Notes: generated by a model from the letters alone, not told the origin. Positions 1 to 9,889 are shown, counted from the stretch's first letter. The stretch is 64,000 bases of DNA from an uncultured Eubacteriales bacterium (GCA_934729465.1 CAKVEP010000007.1:9380-73379); one strand, 5' to 3'. Translations and numbers: made by a program.

Positions 1-105
1 CCCTACTTGCAAAGTGTTTGTGCAAAAGGTACAAAAACACCATACGTCCCACCTCAATTTACGGCGAGGGCGCAAAACGTGATTTTTTGGAAAGGAGGAA
101 AGAAA

Positions 106-690
106 ATGAAAATAGAAAAAATTAAGATTGGAGAAATAAAGCCATACGAAAACAACGCAAAGCTCCACCCTGCCGAACAAGTGGAGCAGATAAAAAAATC
201 AATACTGGAGTTTGGAAACAACGACCCGATAGCGATAGATGAAAACAACGTAATAATCGAAGGACACGGGCGTTATTTGGCATTAAAAGAGTTGGGATAT
301 AAGGAAATCGAAGTTATAAGGCTCAATCATTTAACGGAGGAACAGAAGCGGGCGTATGCAATAATTCATAATAAATTAACCATGGACACAGGCTTTAATT
401 TTAATATTTTAGGCGCGGAACTAACCTATATAAACGAGATAAATATGAGTGATTTTGGCTTTGAAGATGAAGAAATAAACGAAGAAGATTTTGAAACCAA
501 TTTTAATTTAGAAATACGAGAAAACTTAGATACGCGCTTTATGACATTATCGTTGCATAAAAATCAATTTGACTTCATAAAAGAATGTTTAGAGCAAGTA
601 AAAGACACTAAAATAATGAAGTTTGACGGAGCAAGTGAAAGTGGCAATTTGCTATATGAAATAGTAAAACAGTATTTAGAAGCAAGGTAA
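106..690 (+). CDS. ParB-like nuclease domain protein (phage)
   Basis: ParB N-terminal domain motifs (KPYENNAKLHP, IEGHGRY). GGAGG RBS before the ATG at 106, which is internal to track ORF 7..690. Confidence 0.65.
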   Translation: MKIEKIKIGEIKPYENNAKLHPAEQVEQIKKSILEFGNNDPIAIDENNVIIEGHGRYLALKELGYKEIEVIRLNHLTEEQKRAYAIIHNKLTMDTGFNFNILGAELTYINEINMSDFGFEDEEINEEDFETNFNLEIRENLDTRFMTLSLHKNQFDFIKECLEQVKDTKIMKFDGASESGNLLYEIVKQYLEAR

Positions 691-701
691 AAGGTGAAAT
701 T

Positions 702-1274
702 ATGAAGATACAGAAAATCAAAATTGAAGTTATAAGACCTTATGAAAACAACGCAAAGCTCCACCCGACCGAACAGGTGGAGCAGATAAAAAAATCAATA
801 AAAGAGTTTGGCAATAACGACCCGATAGCGATAGATGAAAGAGGCGTAATAATCGAGGGACACGGGCGCTACCAAGCATTAAAAGGCTTAGGATACAAAG
901 AAGCTGAGGTTATAAGGCTTAAACATTTAAGCGAGGAACAAAAGCAAGCGTATATATTAATTCACAACAAATTAACTATGAATACAAGTTTTGACCTTGA
1001 TGTTTTAAGCGAAGAATTAAAGAAAATAAAATCAATAGATTTAGGCTGTTTTAATTTTGATAGTGAAATATCAGAAGATAACGAAGAAACAGAGGCAGAA
1101 CAGGATTTCAAGCAAATGAGCTTTATGTTTAACATAGAGCAGTACAAAATAATTGAAAAAGTAATTAAGGATACACAAGAATTAACTTTTGATATGTTTG
1201 GAAATAGAAATAAAAACGGAAATAGAATTTATGAGGTTGTGAGACGTTGGGCAGAGCAAAAGAAATTAAGTTAA
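702..1274 (+). CDS. ParB-like nuclease domain protein, tandem paralogue
   Basis: N-terminal ~100 aa nearly identical to the preceding ORF. The C-terminus is diverged. Confidence 0.65.
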   Translation: MKIQKIKIEVIRPYENNAKLHPTEQVEQIKKSIKEFGNNDPIAIDERGVIIEGHGRYQALKGLGYKEAEVIRLKHLSEEQKQAYILIHNKLTMNTSFDLDVLSEELKKIKSIDLGCFNFDSEISEDNEETEAEQDFKQMSFMFNIEQYKIIEKVIKDTQELTFDMFGNRNKNGNRIYEVVRRWAEQKKLS

Positions 1275-1969
1275 AAGTAATACCGAGCCAAATAGCGGTA
1301 CCGTTCGTAAAAAAACACCATTACAGCGGGAAAGTTGTCACTAACAGTAATCTTCACTTTGGAGCATTTTTAGACGGAAAACTTCACGGAGTAATGAGCT
1401 TTGGCTCGTCAACGGATAAGTCTAAACTAATAACACTTGTTGAAGATACAAAATGGAATGAATTTATGGAATTAAACCGCATGGCTTTTGATGATTATCT
1501 ACCAAGAAACAGCGAAAGCAGGTGCATATCACAAGCGATAAAATTAATAAAGCGAAACGCTCCCAATATTAAATGGATAATAAGTTTTGCGGACGGTTGC
1601 AGCTGCGGGGACGGAACTATTTACAGAGCAAGTAATTTTGTGCTTACGGGAATAAGGAAAAATGGGGGTATTTGCCAGCTCCCAAGCGGTGAGAAGATAC
1701 ACAAATTGACCTTACACACAGTACCCAATAAAAAGCGTGCGGAACTCGGAGGAAAAAGTTTTTATGAAGTGACGGGCGGAGTGTACAGTTTCAAAAAATA
1801 TCTTGAATATTCAGGAGCAAAGCTACTTGACGGATATCAATTAAGATATATCTATTTTATAGACAAGTCATACAAAGATAAACTAACTGTACCGATACTG
1901 CCATTTAGTGAAATAGACAAGTTAAACGCGAGAATGTACAAGGGGAAAAAATTAGATGTGCGAGTATAG
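1247..1969 (+). CDS. Hypothetical phage protein (TTG start; possible DNA-modification enzyme, unassigned)
   Basis: 240-aa ORF between the ParB genes and terS. No recognisable methyltransferase or HNH motifs. Confidence 0.35.
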   Translation: MGRAKEIKLKVIPSQIAVPFVKKHHYSGKVVTNSNLHFGAFLDGKLHGVMSFGSSTDKSKLITLVEDTKWNEFMELNRMAFDDYLPRNSESRCISQAIKLIKRNAPNIKWIISFADGCSCGDGTIYRASNFVLTGIRKNGGICQLPSGEKIHKLTLHTVPNKKRAELGGKSFYEVTGGVYSFKKYLEYSGAKLLDGYQLRYIYFIDKSYKDKLTVPILPFSEIDKLNARMYKGKKLDVRV

Positions 1970-2120
1970 TTTAAAGAGTAAAACGGCACGCTTCCAGCGT
2001 ACAAAAAGAGGTGCAATTCCTACTTGCTCGCTCCAGCGGGGAATCCTCGCCGATAATTTGCGAATACAGAAATAATAAATAAGAAATATTGCGCCCGTGC
2101 TTATAGAAAGGAGGAACGAG

Positions 2121-2477
2121 ATGTCAAAGATAGATTTAAACGAACAGGCGAAAGAGATTTTGAGAATAGCCGAAAGGCACGGAGTAGAAAGTAATTTTTT
2201 CTTTTTAACCACCTTTAAGCGATACCAAGTGCAAATCGGAATTTTGAACGATTTAGAACAGACGATAAAAGAGGCGGGGATTTTAGTTACAAAGGAGTAT
2301 GTCAAAGGCAGGAAAAATGTATATTCTCACCCAGCAATACAAGATTATAACCGCACGACCGACAGCGCAAATAAAACGGTTGTAACGCTTATGAAGATAA
2401 TCACAGTTTTAAGGGACAGAAAAGAAAACGACGAACCCGACCCATTACTTGAAATTCTGAGCGGCAGAAAAATATAA
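2121..2477 (+). CDS. Terminase small subunit (P27-family-like)
   Basis: Sequence resembles P27-type TerS and lies immediately upstream of terL. GGAGG RBS before the ATG at 2121. Confidence 0.7.
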   Translation: MSKIDLNEQAKEILRIAERHGVESNFFFLTTFKRYQVQIGILNDLEQTIKEAGILVTKEYVKGRKNVYSHPAIQDYNRTTDSANKTVVTLMKIITVLRDRKENDEPDPLLEILSGRKI

Positions 2478-2502
2478 AAGTAAGGAGGTGAAAAAAGTGT
2501 AA

Positions 2503-4182
2503 ATGATAAAGGAACATAAAAGTTATAAATACGCACAAGGTGTGGTAAATGGCGAAGTTTCAGCGCCAAAATATGTTATAAAACAGTGCAGAGATTTTAT
2601 AGAAATCTGCGACGGAAAATCAAAGAAATATTTTATTGATGAGGAAAAATTAAGTAAAATTGATAACATTTTAAAGCTACTAATTATGCCGCGAGGGCTT
2701 AAAACGGGCGAAAATATTTATAACTGTTCATGTGGGTATCAATGGTTAATTTATGCGGCTTTGTGCGTAGTTTACAGAGAAAATCCAGACAAACGCCGAT
2801 ATGAAACAATAATACTTGAAGTAGGACGAAAAAACTTTAAAACCTTTACGGTTGCCACGATTTTCGTCTTGCTTTTTTTATTAGAGCCAAAATTCAGTAA
2901 ATTTTATAGTGTTGCGCCAGACGGAGCGCTTTCAAGGGAAGTCAAGACGGCAATCGAAGAAATTTTAAAATCAAGCCCTACAATTTATTATTATAATTCC
3001 CTCCCTCGTTTTAAGATTTTAAGGGACTATATAGGATTTAACTTAACTGAGAGCAGATATATACCACTAAATTACAGCAATTCCCGAATGGACGGAAAAT
3101 TACCAAACGTCTTTTTAGCGGACGAAGTAGGCGCGCTTCCCAATTCTTACGCAATCGAAGCCATGAGGTCGGGGCAGCTTAACATTTTAAATAAGTTAGG
3201 TTGTATTATTTCCACGAAGTACCCGACAGCAAATAATCCTCTTGAAGATGAAGTAAATTATGCGAAAAAAGTTTTAGACAGCGTACAAAAAGACGAGACC
3301 ATATTTTCCCTTTTATACGAGCCAGATAATACGGAGGACTGGACAAATGACGATACAATTTTAAAACATGCAAACCCCGTAGCTTTGGAGATACCCGAAA
3401 TATGGGAAGATTTATTAAAAAAGCGAGCAAGGGCAATAACGGTCGAAAGCGCGAGAGAAAATTTTCTGACGAAGCATTGTAATATTATTTATCAAGGCGC
3501 AGGAACAGAGAGTTTTATTGATATAAAAGATTTGCAGAATTGCAGAGTAAATAATATTGATTGGAAAGGTCGTGAAGTCTATGTGGGCGTTGACTTATCT
3601 ATGACAAACGATAATACAGCCGTTGCAATTTGCACGGAGCAAGACGGAAAAATTTTAGCCGACGTGATGTGTTTTATTCCAGAGGGAAGAATCAACGAAA
3701 AGAACAAAATGGAGCGGTTAAACTACCGCCAGTTTATAAATGCGGGGAAATGTATATCTTGTGGGAATAAAACCATTGATTATGGCGTGGTTGAAGATTT
3801 TGTATTTAAAATTGAAGAAAGATATGGTGTAACAGTTAAAGCGATAGGTTTTGACCGATACAACGCCCTATCTTCGGCGCAAAAGTGGAACAAAAAATAT
3901 AATACGATTGAAATCCGCCAACATAGCGACACGCTACACCCACCGACGAAGCTACTTTATGAAAAAATAAGCAATCACGAGTTTGAATACGAGAAAAACA
4001 CATTACTGGAAATAAACTTTGAAAACGCAAGATGTACCTATGATACAAATATGAACAGATACGTCACAAAGAAAAAATCCTGCGGCAAAGTAGATATGGT
4101 AATCGCGCTAATTAACGCGGTTTATCTCTTGCAGCAGGACGTTATTTTTTCCGACAATTCGTGGGTTGTTCAGGTAATTTAA
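2503..4182 (+). CDS. Terminase large subunit
   Basis: 559 aa at the expected position. ATPase and nuclease-like architecture, with an AAGGAGGTG RBS upstream. Confidence 0.85.
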   Translation: MIKEHKSYKYAQGVVNGEVSAPKYVIKQCRDFIEICDGKSKKYFIDEEKLSKIDNILKLLIMPRGLKTGENIYNCSCGYQWLIYAALCVVYRENPDKRRYETIILEVGRKNFKTFTVATIFVLLFLLEPKFSKFYSVAPDGALSREVKTAIEEILKSSPTIYYYNSLPRFKILRDYIGFNLTESRYIPLNYSNSRMDGKLPNVFLADEVGALPNSYAIEAMRSGQLNILNKLGCIISTKYPTANNPLEDEVNYAKKVLDSVQKDETIFSLLYEPDNTEDWTNDDTILKHANPVALEIPEIWEDLLKKRARAITVESARENFLTKHCNIIYQGAGTESFIDIKDLQNCRVNNIDWKGREVYVGVDLSMTNDNTAVAICTEQDGKILADVMCFIPEGRINEKNKMERLNYRQFINAGKCISCGNKTIDYGVVEDFVFKIEERYGVTVKAIGFDRYNALSSAQKWNKKYNTIEIRQHSDTLHPPTKLLYEKISNHEFEYEKNTLLEINFENARCTYDTNMNRYVTKKKSCGKVDMVIALINAVYLLQQDVIFSDNSWVVQVI

Positions 4183-4355
4183 TTTTCATCAGGTAATTCA
4201 ATTTTGCCATGCTCTTTTTCAAATTCATTTACAAAATTTCTTATAAAATTAAGAATTTGTCCATTAGCAGACCTGTCTTCATATTTGCAGGCATATCTAA
4301 ATTTTTTAAGTAAATCATCTTCTATTCTTACAGAAAGATGTCTAATATCATTCAT
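4179..4355 (-). CDS. Ribbon-helix-helix (Arc/CopG-like) regulator, 58 aa (not in the ORF track)
   Basis: Minus-strand ORF MNDIRHLSVRIEDDLLKKFRYACKYEDRSANGQILNFIRNFVNEFEKEHGKIELPDEN. An RHH beta-strand motif follows the start. GGAGGTG RBS. Its stop overlaps the terL stop. Confidence 0.55.
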   Translation of the reverse strand: MNDIRHLSVRIEDDLLKKFRYACKYEDRSANGQILNFIRNFVNEFEKEHGKIELPDEN

Positions 4356-4405
4356 AATACACCTCCAAAAAGAACTTTATATAGGTTCATTTTATCCATA
4401 AAAAA

Positions 4406-4450
4406 TGATATAATGTGCTCAAGAACCCATATTGAACCTTATACAGGTTC
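4406..4450 (+). promoter_or_regulatory. Extended -10 promoter (TGATATAAT) plus palindromic operator gaacct-N5-aggttc in the divergent RHH/SLOG intergenic region
   Basis: TGnTATAAT at 4406-4414. Perfect 6-bp inverted repeat at 4434-4450. A related half-site (tataggttc) lies near the RHH start. Confidence 0.45.
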
Positions 4451-4472
4451 TAAATTTTAAGAGGTGAAGAAT

Positions 4473-4808
4473 ATGAAAGTAGCAATAATAGGTTCAAGGA
4501 GTTTAACAAACGTAGAAATATCAAAATTCATCCCAAAAGATACAACGGAGGTAATCTCTGGTGGAGCGAAAGGTATCGACACCTTAGCGGAAGAATGGGC
4601 GGATAAAAACGGTATACCGAAAACGATTATCAAGCCAGAGTATGAGAAATATAAACGTGGCGCACCGTTAAAAAGAAATGAAAAAATCGTTGAAAGTGCA
4701 GACATAATAATTGCCCTCTGGGACGGAAAATCCAGAGGGACGAAATTTACGATAGATTATGCAAAAAAACTAAACAAGGAAGTGAAAATTTACATTGCAG
4801 ACAAATAG
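4473..4808 (+). CDS. SLOG-superfamily protein (DUF2493 / YpsA-DprA-LOG-like), phage accessory
   Basis: Rossmann-like GSRS...GGAKGID...ALWDGKSRGT motifs typical of DUF2493. ATG at 4473 with a GAGGTG RBS. Confidence 0.55.
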   Translation: MKVAIIGSRSLTNVEISKFIPKDTTEVISGGAKGIDTLAEEWADKNGIPKTIIKPEYEKYKRGAPLKRNEKIVESADIIIALWDGKSRGTKFTIDYAKKLNKEVKIYIADK

Positions 4809-4881
4809 TGTAAATATGTATTGATTTTGTGTAAATAATGTGATACAATATGAATATACTAATACTGAGGAGGTAATTAAA

Positions 4882-5151
4882 ATGGCAAAAACAGAAACCT
4901 TACACATGAGAATTGACGCAGATTTAAAGAGTAATGCAGAGTATCTTTTAAACCAATTGGGGATGTCTACAACCGAAGCTGTTAGTATATTTTTAAGACA
5001 GGTTATTTTAAACAGAGGACTTCCCTTTGATGTAAAACTGCCAAAGTATAACGAAGAAACCGAAGAGGCTATGAGAGAAGCAAGAAAAATCAGTAAAAAT
5101 GGAAAAGGGTTTAATGATATAGATTCTCTTTTTGAGGAGCTTGACAAATAA
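4882..5151 (+). CDS. dinJ: DinJ/RelB-family antitoxin
   Basis: The MAKTETLHMRIDADLK RHH N-terminus is typical of DinJ. GGAGG RBS. Overlaps the toxin gene start (TAATG). Confidence 0.75.
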   Translation: MAKTETLHMRIDADLKSNAEYLLNQLGMSTTEAVSIFLRQVILNRGLPFDVKLPKYNEETEEAMREARKISKNGKGFNDIDSLFEELDK

Positions 5152-5423
5152 TGCTGGAAATTAAATTTACGTCTAAATTTAAAAAAGACTATAAATTAAT
5201 AAAAAAGCGTGGTATGAATATTAATCTTTTAAAAGAAATAGTCAATAAATTAGCAAATAATATTCCTTTGGAGGAAAAGTACAAAGACCACGAACTAATG
5301 GGGAATTACAAAGGATTTAGAGAGTGTCACATACAACCCGATTGGTTACTTATTTATCTTATTGAAGATAATAAATTAACATTAACTCTTTCCAGAACAG
5401 GGACGCATTCAGATTTATTTTAA
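5151..5423 (+). CDS. yafQ: YafQ/RelE-family mRNA interferase toxin
   Basis: 90 aa with the YafQ-like motifs DYKLIKKRG and HELMGNYKGFRECHIQPDWLLIY. Translationally coupled to the antitoxin. Confidence 0.75.
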   Translation: MLEIKFTSKFKKDYKLIKKRGMNINLLKEIVNKLANNIPLEEKYKDHELMGNYKGFRECHIQPDWLLIYLIEDNKLTLTLSRTGTHSDLF

Positions 5424-5487
5424 AAAATTTAAAGATTAGCTATGTACAATTATGTGCATGGCTTTTTCTTTTTAGAGGAGTGAAAAA

Positions 5488-6684
5488 GTGAATATATTTA
5501 AGAGAAAGCGAGCAGAACCAACAGTATCTCCGCCCGTAGATGATGTTTTATTAAAATCTTTGCTTTACGGAGAAGAAATAGACCGAGAAAAAGCACTAAA
5601 TGTCCCAGCAGTAGCAAAGTGTGTAAATTTAATATCCGAAACCGTCAGCATGATACCGATTAAGCTATATAAAGAGGAAATGGTAGACGGAAAGTCAAAA
5701 ACAATCGAAGTTGCAGGCGATAACCGCCCCGACTTGTTAAATGATGACACAAAGGACACATTAAACGGCGTACAGTTTAAGCGGGTGATAGTCAGAGATT
5801 ATTTGCTTTTCGGGAAAGCGTACGCGTATATAAATAAAAAGAGAAACAACGTGCAATCACTACACTATATAGAAGCACAGAAAGTGCAGGTAAATAAAAA
5901 TTTTGACCCAATATTTAAAGATTATGACTTAATCGTACATGGGCAAACGTACAAACCTTTTGAATTTATAAAAATTACACGAGCAAGCACAGACGGAATA
6001 AACGGAGCAGGAATAATCAAGGAAAATCAAGAATTATTAAAAATAGCGTATCAGACGTTAAAATTTGAACAGAATTTAGTCACAACGGGCGGTAATAAGC
6101 GAGGATTTGTAAAGTCAAAAAACACGCTCACAAAAGAAGCAATTAAAGCTCTAAAAGACGCATGGCACAAGATGTATTCAGACCCAAGCGAAAATAACGT
6201 GGTAATATTAAATAACGGTTTAGAATTTCAGGAAGCAAGCAGTACATCAGTTGAAATGCAGCTAAACGAAAGCAAAATAGCGACAAACAACTCAATCCTA
6301 GATATTTTAGGGGTGCCGCAAGATTTTAATTATGAAACATTTATAAAAACAGCAGTAATGCCCGTAATAACGGCGATAGAATGCGCATTAAACAAAGACT
6401 TACTTCTCGAAAAAGAGAAAAAGTCTTTTTATTTTGCGTTCGATACGAAAGAAATTACAAAAGGCGATATTAAGACACGTTTTGAAGCATATAAGACCGC
6501 ACTTGACGCAAATATTATGCAGATAGATGAAATTCGCTATATGGAGGATTTAGAGCCGTTAGGATTAAATTTCATAAAACTTGGTTTACAAGATGTTTTA
6601 TTTAATCCCGAGACAAAGGAAGTCTACACGCCAAACACAGGACAGACCGCGACAATTAAAGAAAATATAGGAGGCGACGGATAA
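5488..6684 (+). CDS. Phage portal protein (HK97 family)
   Basis: 398 aa downstream of terminase. Portal-like sequence with a GTG start after a GGAGTG RBS. Confidence 0.8.
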   Translation: MNIFKRKRAEPTVSPPVDDVLLKSLLYGEEIDREKALNVPAVAKCVNLISETVSMIPIKLYKEEMVDGKSKTIEVAGDNRPDLLNDDTKDTLNGVQFKRVIVRDYLLFGKAYAYINKKRNNVQSLHYIEAQKVQVNKNFDPIFKDYDLIVHGQTYKPFEFIKITRASTDGINGAGIIKENQELLKIAYQTLKFEQNLVTTGGNKRGFVKSKNTLTKEAIKALKDAWHKMYSDPSENNVVILNNGLEFQEASSTSVEMQLNESKIATNNSILDILGVPQDFNYETFIKTAVMPVITAIECALNKDLLLEKEKKSFYFAFDTKEITKGDIKTRFEAYKTALDANIMQIDEIRYMEDLEPLGLNFIKLGLQDVLFNPETKEVYTPNTGQTATIKENIGGDG

Positions 6685-7292
6685 TGCAAGTAGAAGTGAG
6701 AAATGACAGTGTACTTTTGGACGGATATGTAAACGCAGTAGCGCGCGATTCAAAGCCAATGTTAGACGAAAACGGAGAAAAGTTTATAGAGCAGATAACG
6801 CCAAAAGCATTTGAGAGAGCAATCGGAAGAAACGAGGACATTTTATGTCTATTAAACCACGAGCCAAATAGGAAATTAGGAAGCACAAAGGACGGAAATA
6901 TAAAACTTTTTGAGGATAATATCGGACTTAGGGCGATATGCGAAATCACGGACAGCGAAGTGATAGAAAAGGCAAAAGAGCAGCGGCTCAGAGGTTGGAG
7001 TTTTGGTTTTGAGGCTATTAAAGAACACGAAGAAACCATAAGCGATAACTTAAAACGTAGGTTTATTGACGAAATGAATTTACTCGAAGTGTCGATAATA
7101 GATGATAAAAAAGTGCCGTGTTATGTAGGAACGAGCATTGAAACAAGAGCCGAAAAACTAATAAAAACAGAGTTTAGAGGGCGAGAAGCTCCGTGCGTTT
7201 TTATAACCAATCAGAGTTTAAACACGCCACAAGAAATAGATTATTCAGTTTATGAAAATATTTTAAAACAAGTACAAAATAAAAGAATTTAA
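6684..7292 (+). CDS. Prohead maturation protease (HK97 family)
   Basis: 202 aa. Conserved position between portal and capsid. Start overlaps the portal stop. Confidence 0.8.
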   Translation: MQVEVRNDSVLLDGYVNAVARDSKPMLDENGEKFIEQITPKAFERAIGRNEDILCLLNHEPNRKLGSTKDGNIKLFEDNIGLRAICEITDSEVIEKAKEQRLRGWSFGFEAIKEHEETISDNLKRRFIDEMNLLEVSIIDDKKVPCYVGTSIETRAEKLIKTEFRGREAPCVFITNQSLNTPQEIDYSVYENILKQVQNKRI

Positions 7293-7307
7293 AGGAGATT
7301 GAAATTT

Positions 7308-8462
7308 ATGAAACTAAAGTATTTAACCGAGCAAAGAGCAGAGAATCAAAGCAAAATGCAAGAAATGTTAAATGGAGCAAAGGATGAAAAAAGAGCCATG
7401 ACGGAGGAAGAAATTAAGAAATTTAAGGAACTTAAAAAGATGATTGACGAAATAGACGAGACAATAAAAGCTGAAGAAATCGCAAGAAAAGAGGAACTTG
7501 ATGAAAGCCAAAAAGAAGAAACAGATAAACAGTCGGAAAGCGCAGAAATCACGGAGCAAAGAGCTTTTGCAAACTTTATAAGAGGAATTAAAGCTGAAAA
7601 AAGAGCAAACAATCTTGACTTAGGGAACAACGGAGCAATTGTACCGCAGACAATAGCGAATAAAATTATTGAAAAAGTTAAGGAAATATGCCCGATTTAT
7701 AGCCTTTCAGAAATTTACAACGTCAAAGGCGATTTAGTAATTCCCTATTACAGTGAAAATGCAGGCGAAGATATAACTTGTGCATATGCTACCGAATTTA
7801 CAGACCTAACAAGTACCGCAGGAAAATTTACAAGTATAAATTTATCGAGCTATTTAGCAGGAGCACTAACTAAAATTTCAAAATCCCTTATAAATAAGAG
7901 CGATTTTGATTTGACAAATTTTGTGATTAATAAAATGAGCGCAGCAATCGCAGAATTTATTGAAAAAGAGCTTTTAAGCGGTACAGGTACAAATGCGTGT
8001 CAAGGAGTTTTAACAGGTGCGACAAATATTGTTGAAAGCTCGACAAGCGGAAAAGTAAGCGCAGATGATTTAATAGATTTACAAGAAAGCGTAATCGATA
8101 ACTACCAGAAAAACGCGGTATTTATAATGAATAGAAGCACTCGAAAAGCAATCAGAAAATTAAAGGACGGAGATGGAAATTATCTTTTAAATCGCGATAT
8201 TACATCTGCGTGGGGTTACTCATTACTCGGGAAACCAGTTTATACAAGCGAAAATATGCCAGAAATCGGAGTAAATAAAAAAGTAATAATTTACGGCGAT
8301 ATGACAGGCTTATCGGTAAAATTAGCAAAAGACGTTGAAATTCAAGTTTTGCAGGAATTATACGCCGCACAGCACGCTTTAGGGGTTGTAGGTTGGGTTG
8401 AAATTGACGGCAAAGTTACAGACCAACAAAAACTCGCGGTCTTACAAATGAAATCCGAATAA
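7308..8462 (+). CDS. Major capsid protein (HK97 fold)
   Basis: ~385 aa with an N-terminal delta-domain-like acidic coiled coil, then a capsid domain. AAAGGAG RBS before the ATG at 7308. Confidence 0.8.
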   Translation: MKLKYLTEQRAENQSKMQEMLNGAKDEKRAMTEEEIKKFKELKKMIDEIDETIKAEEIARKEELDESQKEETDKQSESAEITEQRAFANFIRGIKAEKRANNLDLGNNGAIVPQTIANKIIEKVKEICPIYSLSEIYNVKGDLVIPYYSENAGEDITCAYATEFTDLTSTAGKFTSINLSSYLAGALTKISKSLINKSDFDLTNFVINKMSAAIAEFIEKELLSGTGTNACQGVLTGATNIVESSTSGKVSADDLIDLQESVIDNYQKNAVFIMNRSTRKAIRKLKDGDGNYLLNRDITSAWGYSLLGKPVYTSENMPEIGVNKKVIIYGDMTGLSVKLAKDVEIQVLQELYAAQHALGVVGWVEIDGKVTDQQKLAVLQMKSE

Positions 8463-8505
8463 GTTGAAATACACAAAAATTAATATTTGAAAGGAACGCG
8501 GGCGG

Positions 8506-8802
8506 ATGAAAATTAGTGAGATAACAACGGATAATCTCATAAATTATTTGAGGTTATCCCCCGAAGAAATGGACGAAAAAGAAGCAGCCGAAATAAAGAC
8601 TTTTTTAGAAACCGCCAAAGAATTTATATATTCATACACAGGGCTAACGCCCGATGAAGCCGACAGCCACGAGGATTTTTCTATTTGCGTGTTTGTTTTG
8701 GTGCAGGATATGTACGATAATCGGTGCTTTTACGTTGATAAAAGCACCTTAAATAAAGTTGTAGAAATAATTTTAAATATGCACAGAATTAATTTATTGT
8801 GA
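8506..8802 (+). CDS. Head-tail connector (gp6-like)
   Basis: 98-aa acidic protein directly after the capsid gene. Confidence 0.5.
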   Translation: MKISEITTDNLINYLRLSPEEMDEKEAAEIKTFLETAKEFIYSYTGLTPDEADSHEDFSICVFVLVQDMYDNRCFYVDKSTLNKVVEIILNMHRINLL

Positions 8803-8810
8803 GGCAAAAA

Positions 8811-9140
8811 ATGTATGTAAATGCAGGAAGTTTTAATAAAAAAATAGAGATAATCAAGTTAGAAGAAACCAAAGATAAAGACGGTTTTCCTGTAAAAAAC
8901 GAAGTTTTGGTATTAAAAACATGGGCGCAGATTACAAATATCAGCGGAACGGAATTAATTAAAAGTAATTCGGATTTTGCGCAGATAAAGACGAGATTTT
9001 TAGTTCGCACACCGAAAAAAATTATCAAAAAAGATATGTTTATCAAGTTTAGAAATAATTTTTATAATATAACTTATGTTAACAATTACTGTTTTAAAGA
9101 CCAGTACACCGAGATAATAGCGGAGTTGGTGGTGAAATAA
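8811..9140 (+). CDS. Head closure / head-tail adaptor protein
   Basis: Size and position in the conserved order. GAGG RBS before the ATG at 8811. Confidence 0.5.
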   Translation: MYVNAGSFNKKIEIIKLEETKDKDGFPVKNEVLVLKTWAQITNISGTELIKSNSDFAQIKTRFLVRTPKKIIKKDMFIKFRNNFYNITYVNNYCFKDQYTEIIAELVVK

Positions 9141-9532
9141 TGGCAGATTTTAGCGCGTCTGTAAATTTAGAAGATATTATCCCAGAAGCCCTGCAAGATG
9201 AAAATTTGGCAAAAGAAATGGTAAAATTAGGGCAACAAGTTTTACAAAACGCAATAAAAAATAATGCACAAAAATATAAGAAAACGGGTTCAATGGCAAA
9301 TTCAGTAAAGGCAAAAGCCCCGACATTAACCAGAAGCGGAGGAGTTGTCGGGAGTGTGACGTTTACGGGAAAAGACAAAAACGGAATGAACAACGCACAA
9401 AAGGCTTTATGGCTGGATTATGGAACAAAGCATATAAATGGGACGGCATTTGTAAGGTCGGCGGTAAAATCGAGTGAGAGCGCAATTTTGCAGGCTATGG
9501 AGCAAATTTTTAATCAGAAAGCAAAGGGGTGA
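9140..9532 (+). CDS. Tail-component protein (HK97 gp10-like neck protein)
   Basis: Position and size. Start overlaps the upstream stop. Confidence 0.45.
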   Translation: MADFSASVNLEDIIPEALQDENLAKEMVKLGQQVLQNAIKNNAQKYKKTGSMANSVKAKAPTLTRSGGVVGSVTFTGKDKNGMNNAQKALWLDYGTKHINGTAFVRSAVKSSESAILQAMEQIFNQKAKG

Positions 9533-9583
9533 TTTTAAATTAATATCAATCCGATAGTTGAGGAAATTTTAAAAAATTTTGAG

Positions 9584-9889
9584 GTGGACGGGACAAAAAT
9601 CCCTATTTGCTTTTTACAGTTTACGGGGCAATCAGAGACATATTTAACCTATTATACATGGTACGAAAAGCCCGATAATTTTTCAGATGACGAGCATAAA
9701 AACGAAATTTCATATTTGACTGTTGATGTGTTTTCAAAGAAAAATTTTAAGGACATAGTTAAAAAGCTAAAAAAGATTATGAAGCAAAGTGGCTTTATAT
9801 GGGAGGATACAGCCCCCGAACAATACGAAAGCGACACGGGATATTATCATGTGCCCGTGAATTTTTATTATTTAGGAGATGTTGAATAA
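9584..9889 (+). CDS. Tail completion protein (GTG start)
   Basis: Position before the major tail protein. Start overlaps the next gene. Confidence 0.45.
   Translation: MDGTKIPICFLQFTGQSETYLTYYTWYEKPDNFSDDEHKNEISYLTVDVFSKKNFKDIVKKLKKIMKQSGFIWEDTAPEQYESDTGYYHVPVNFYYLGDVE

Noticed and set aside
7346-7630. Minus-strand ORFs (94 and 63 aa) inside the capsid gene
   Set aside because: Antisense to the N-terminal delta-domain region of the major capsid gene. Low complexity. Spurious.
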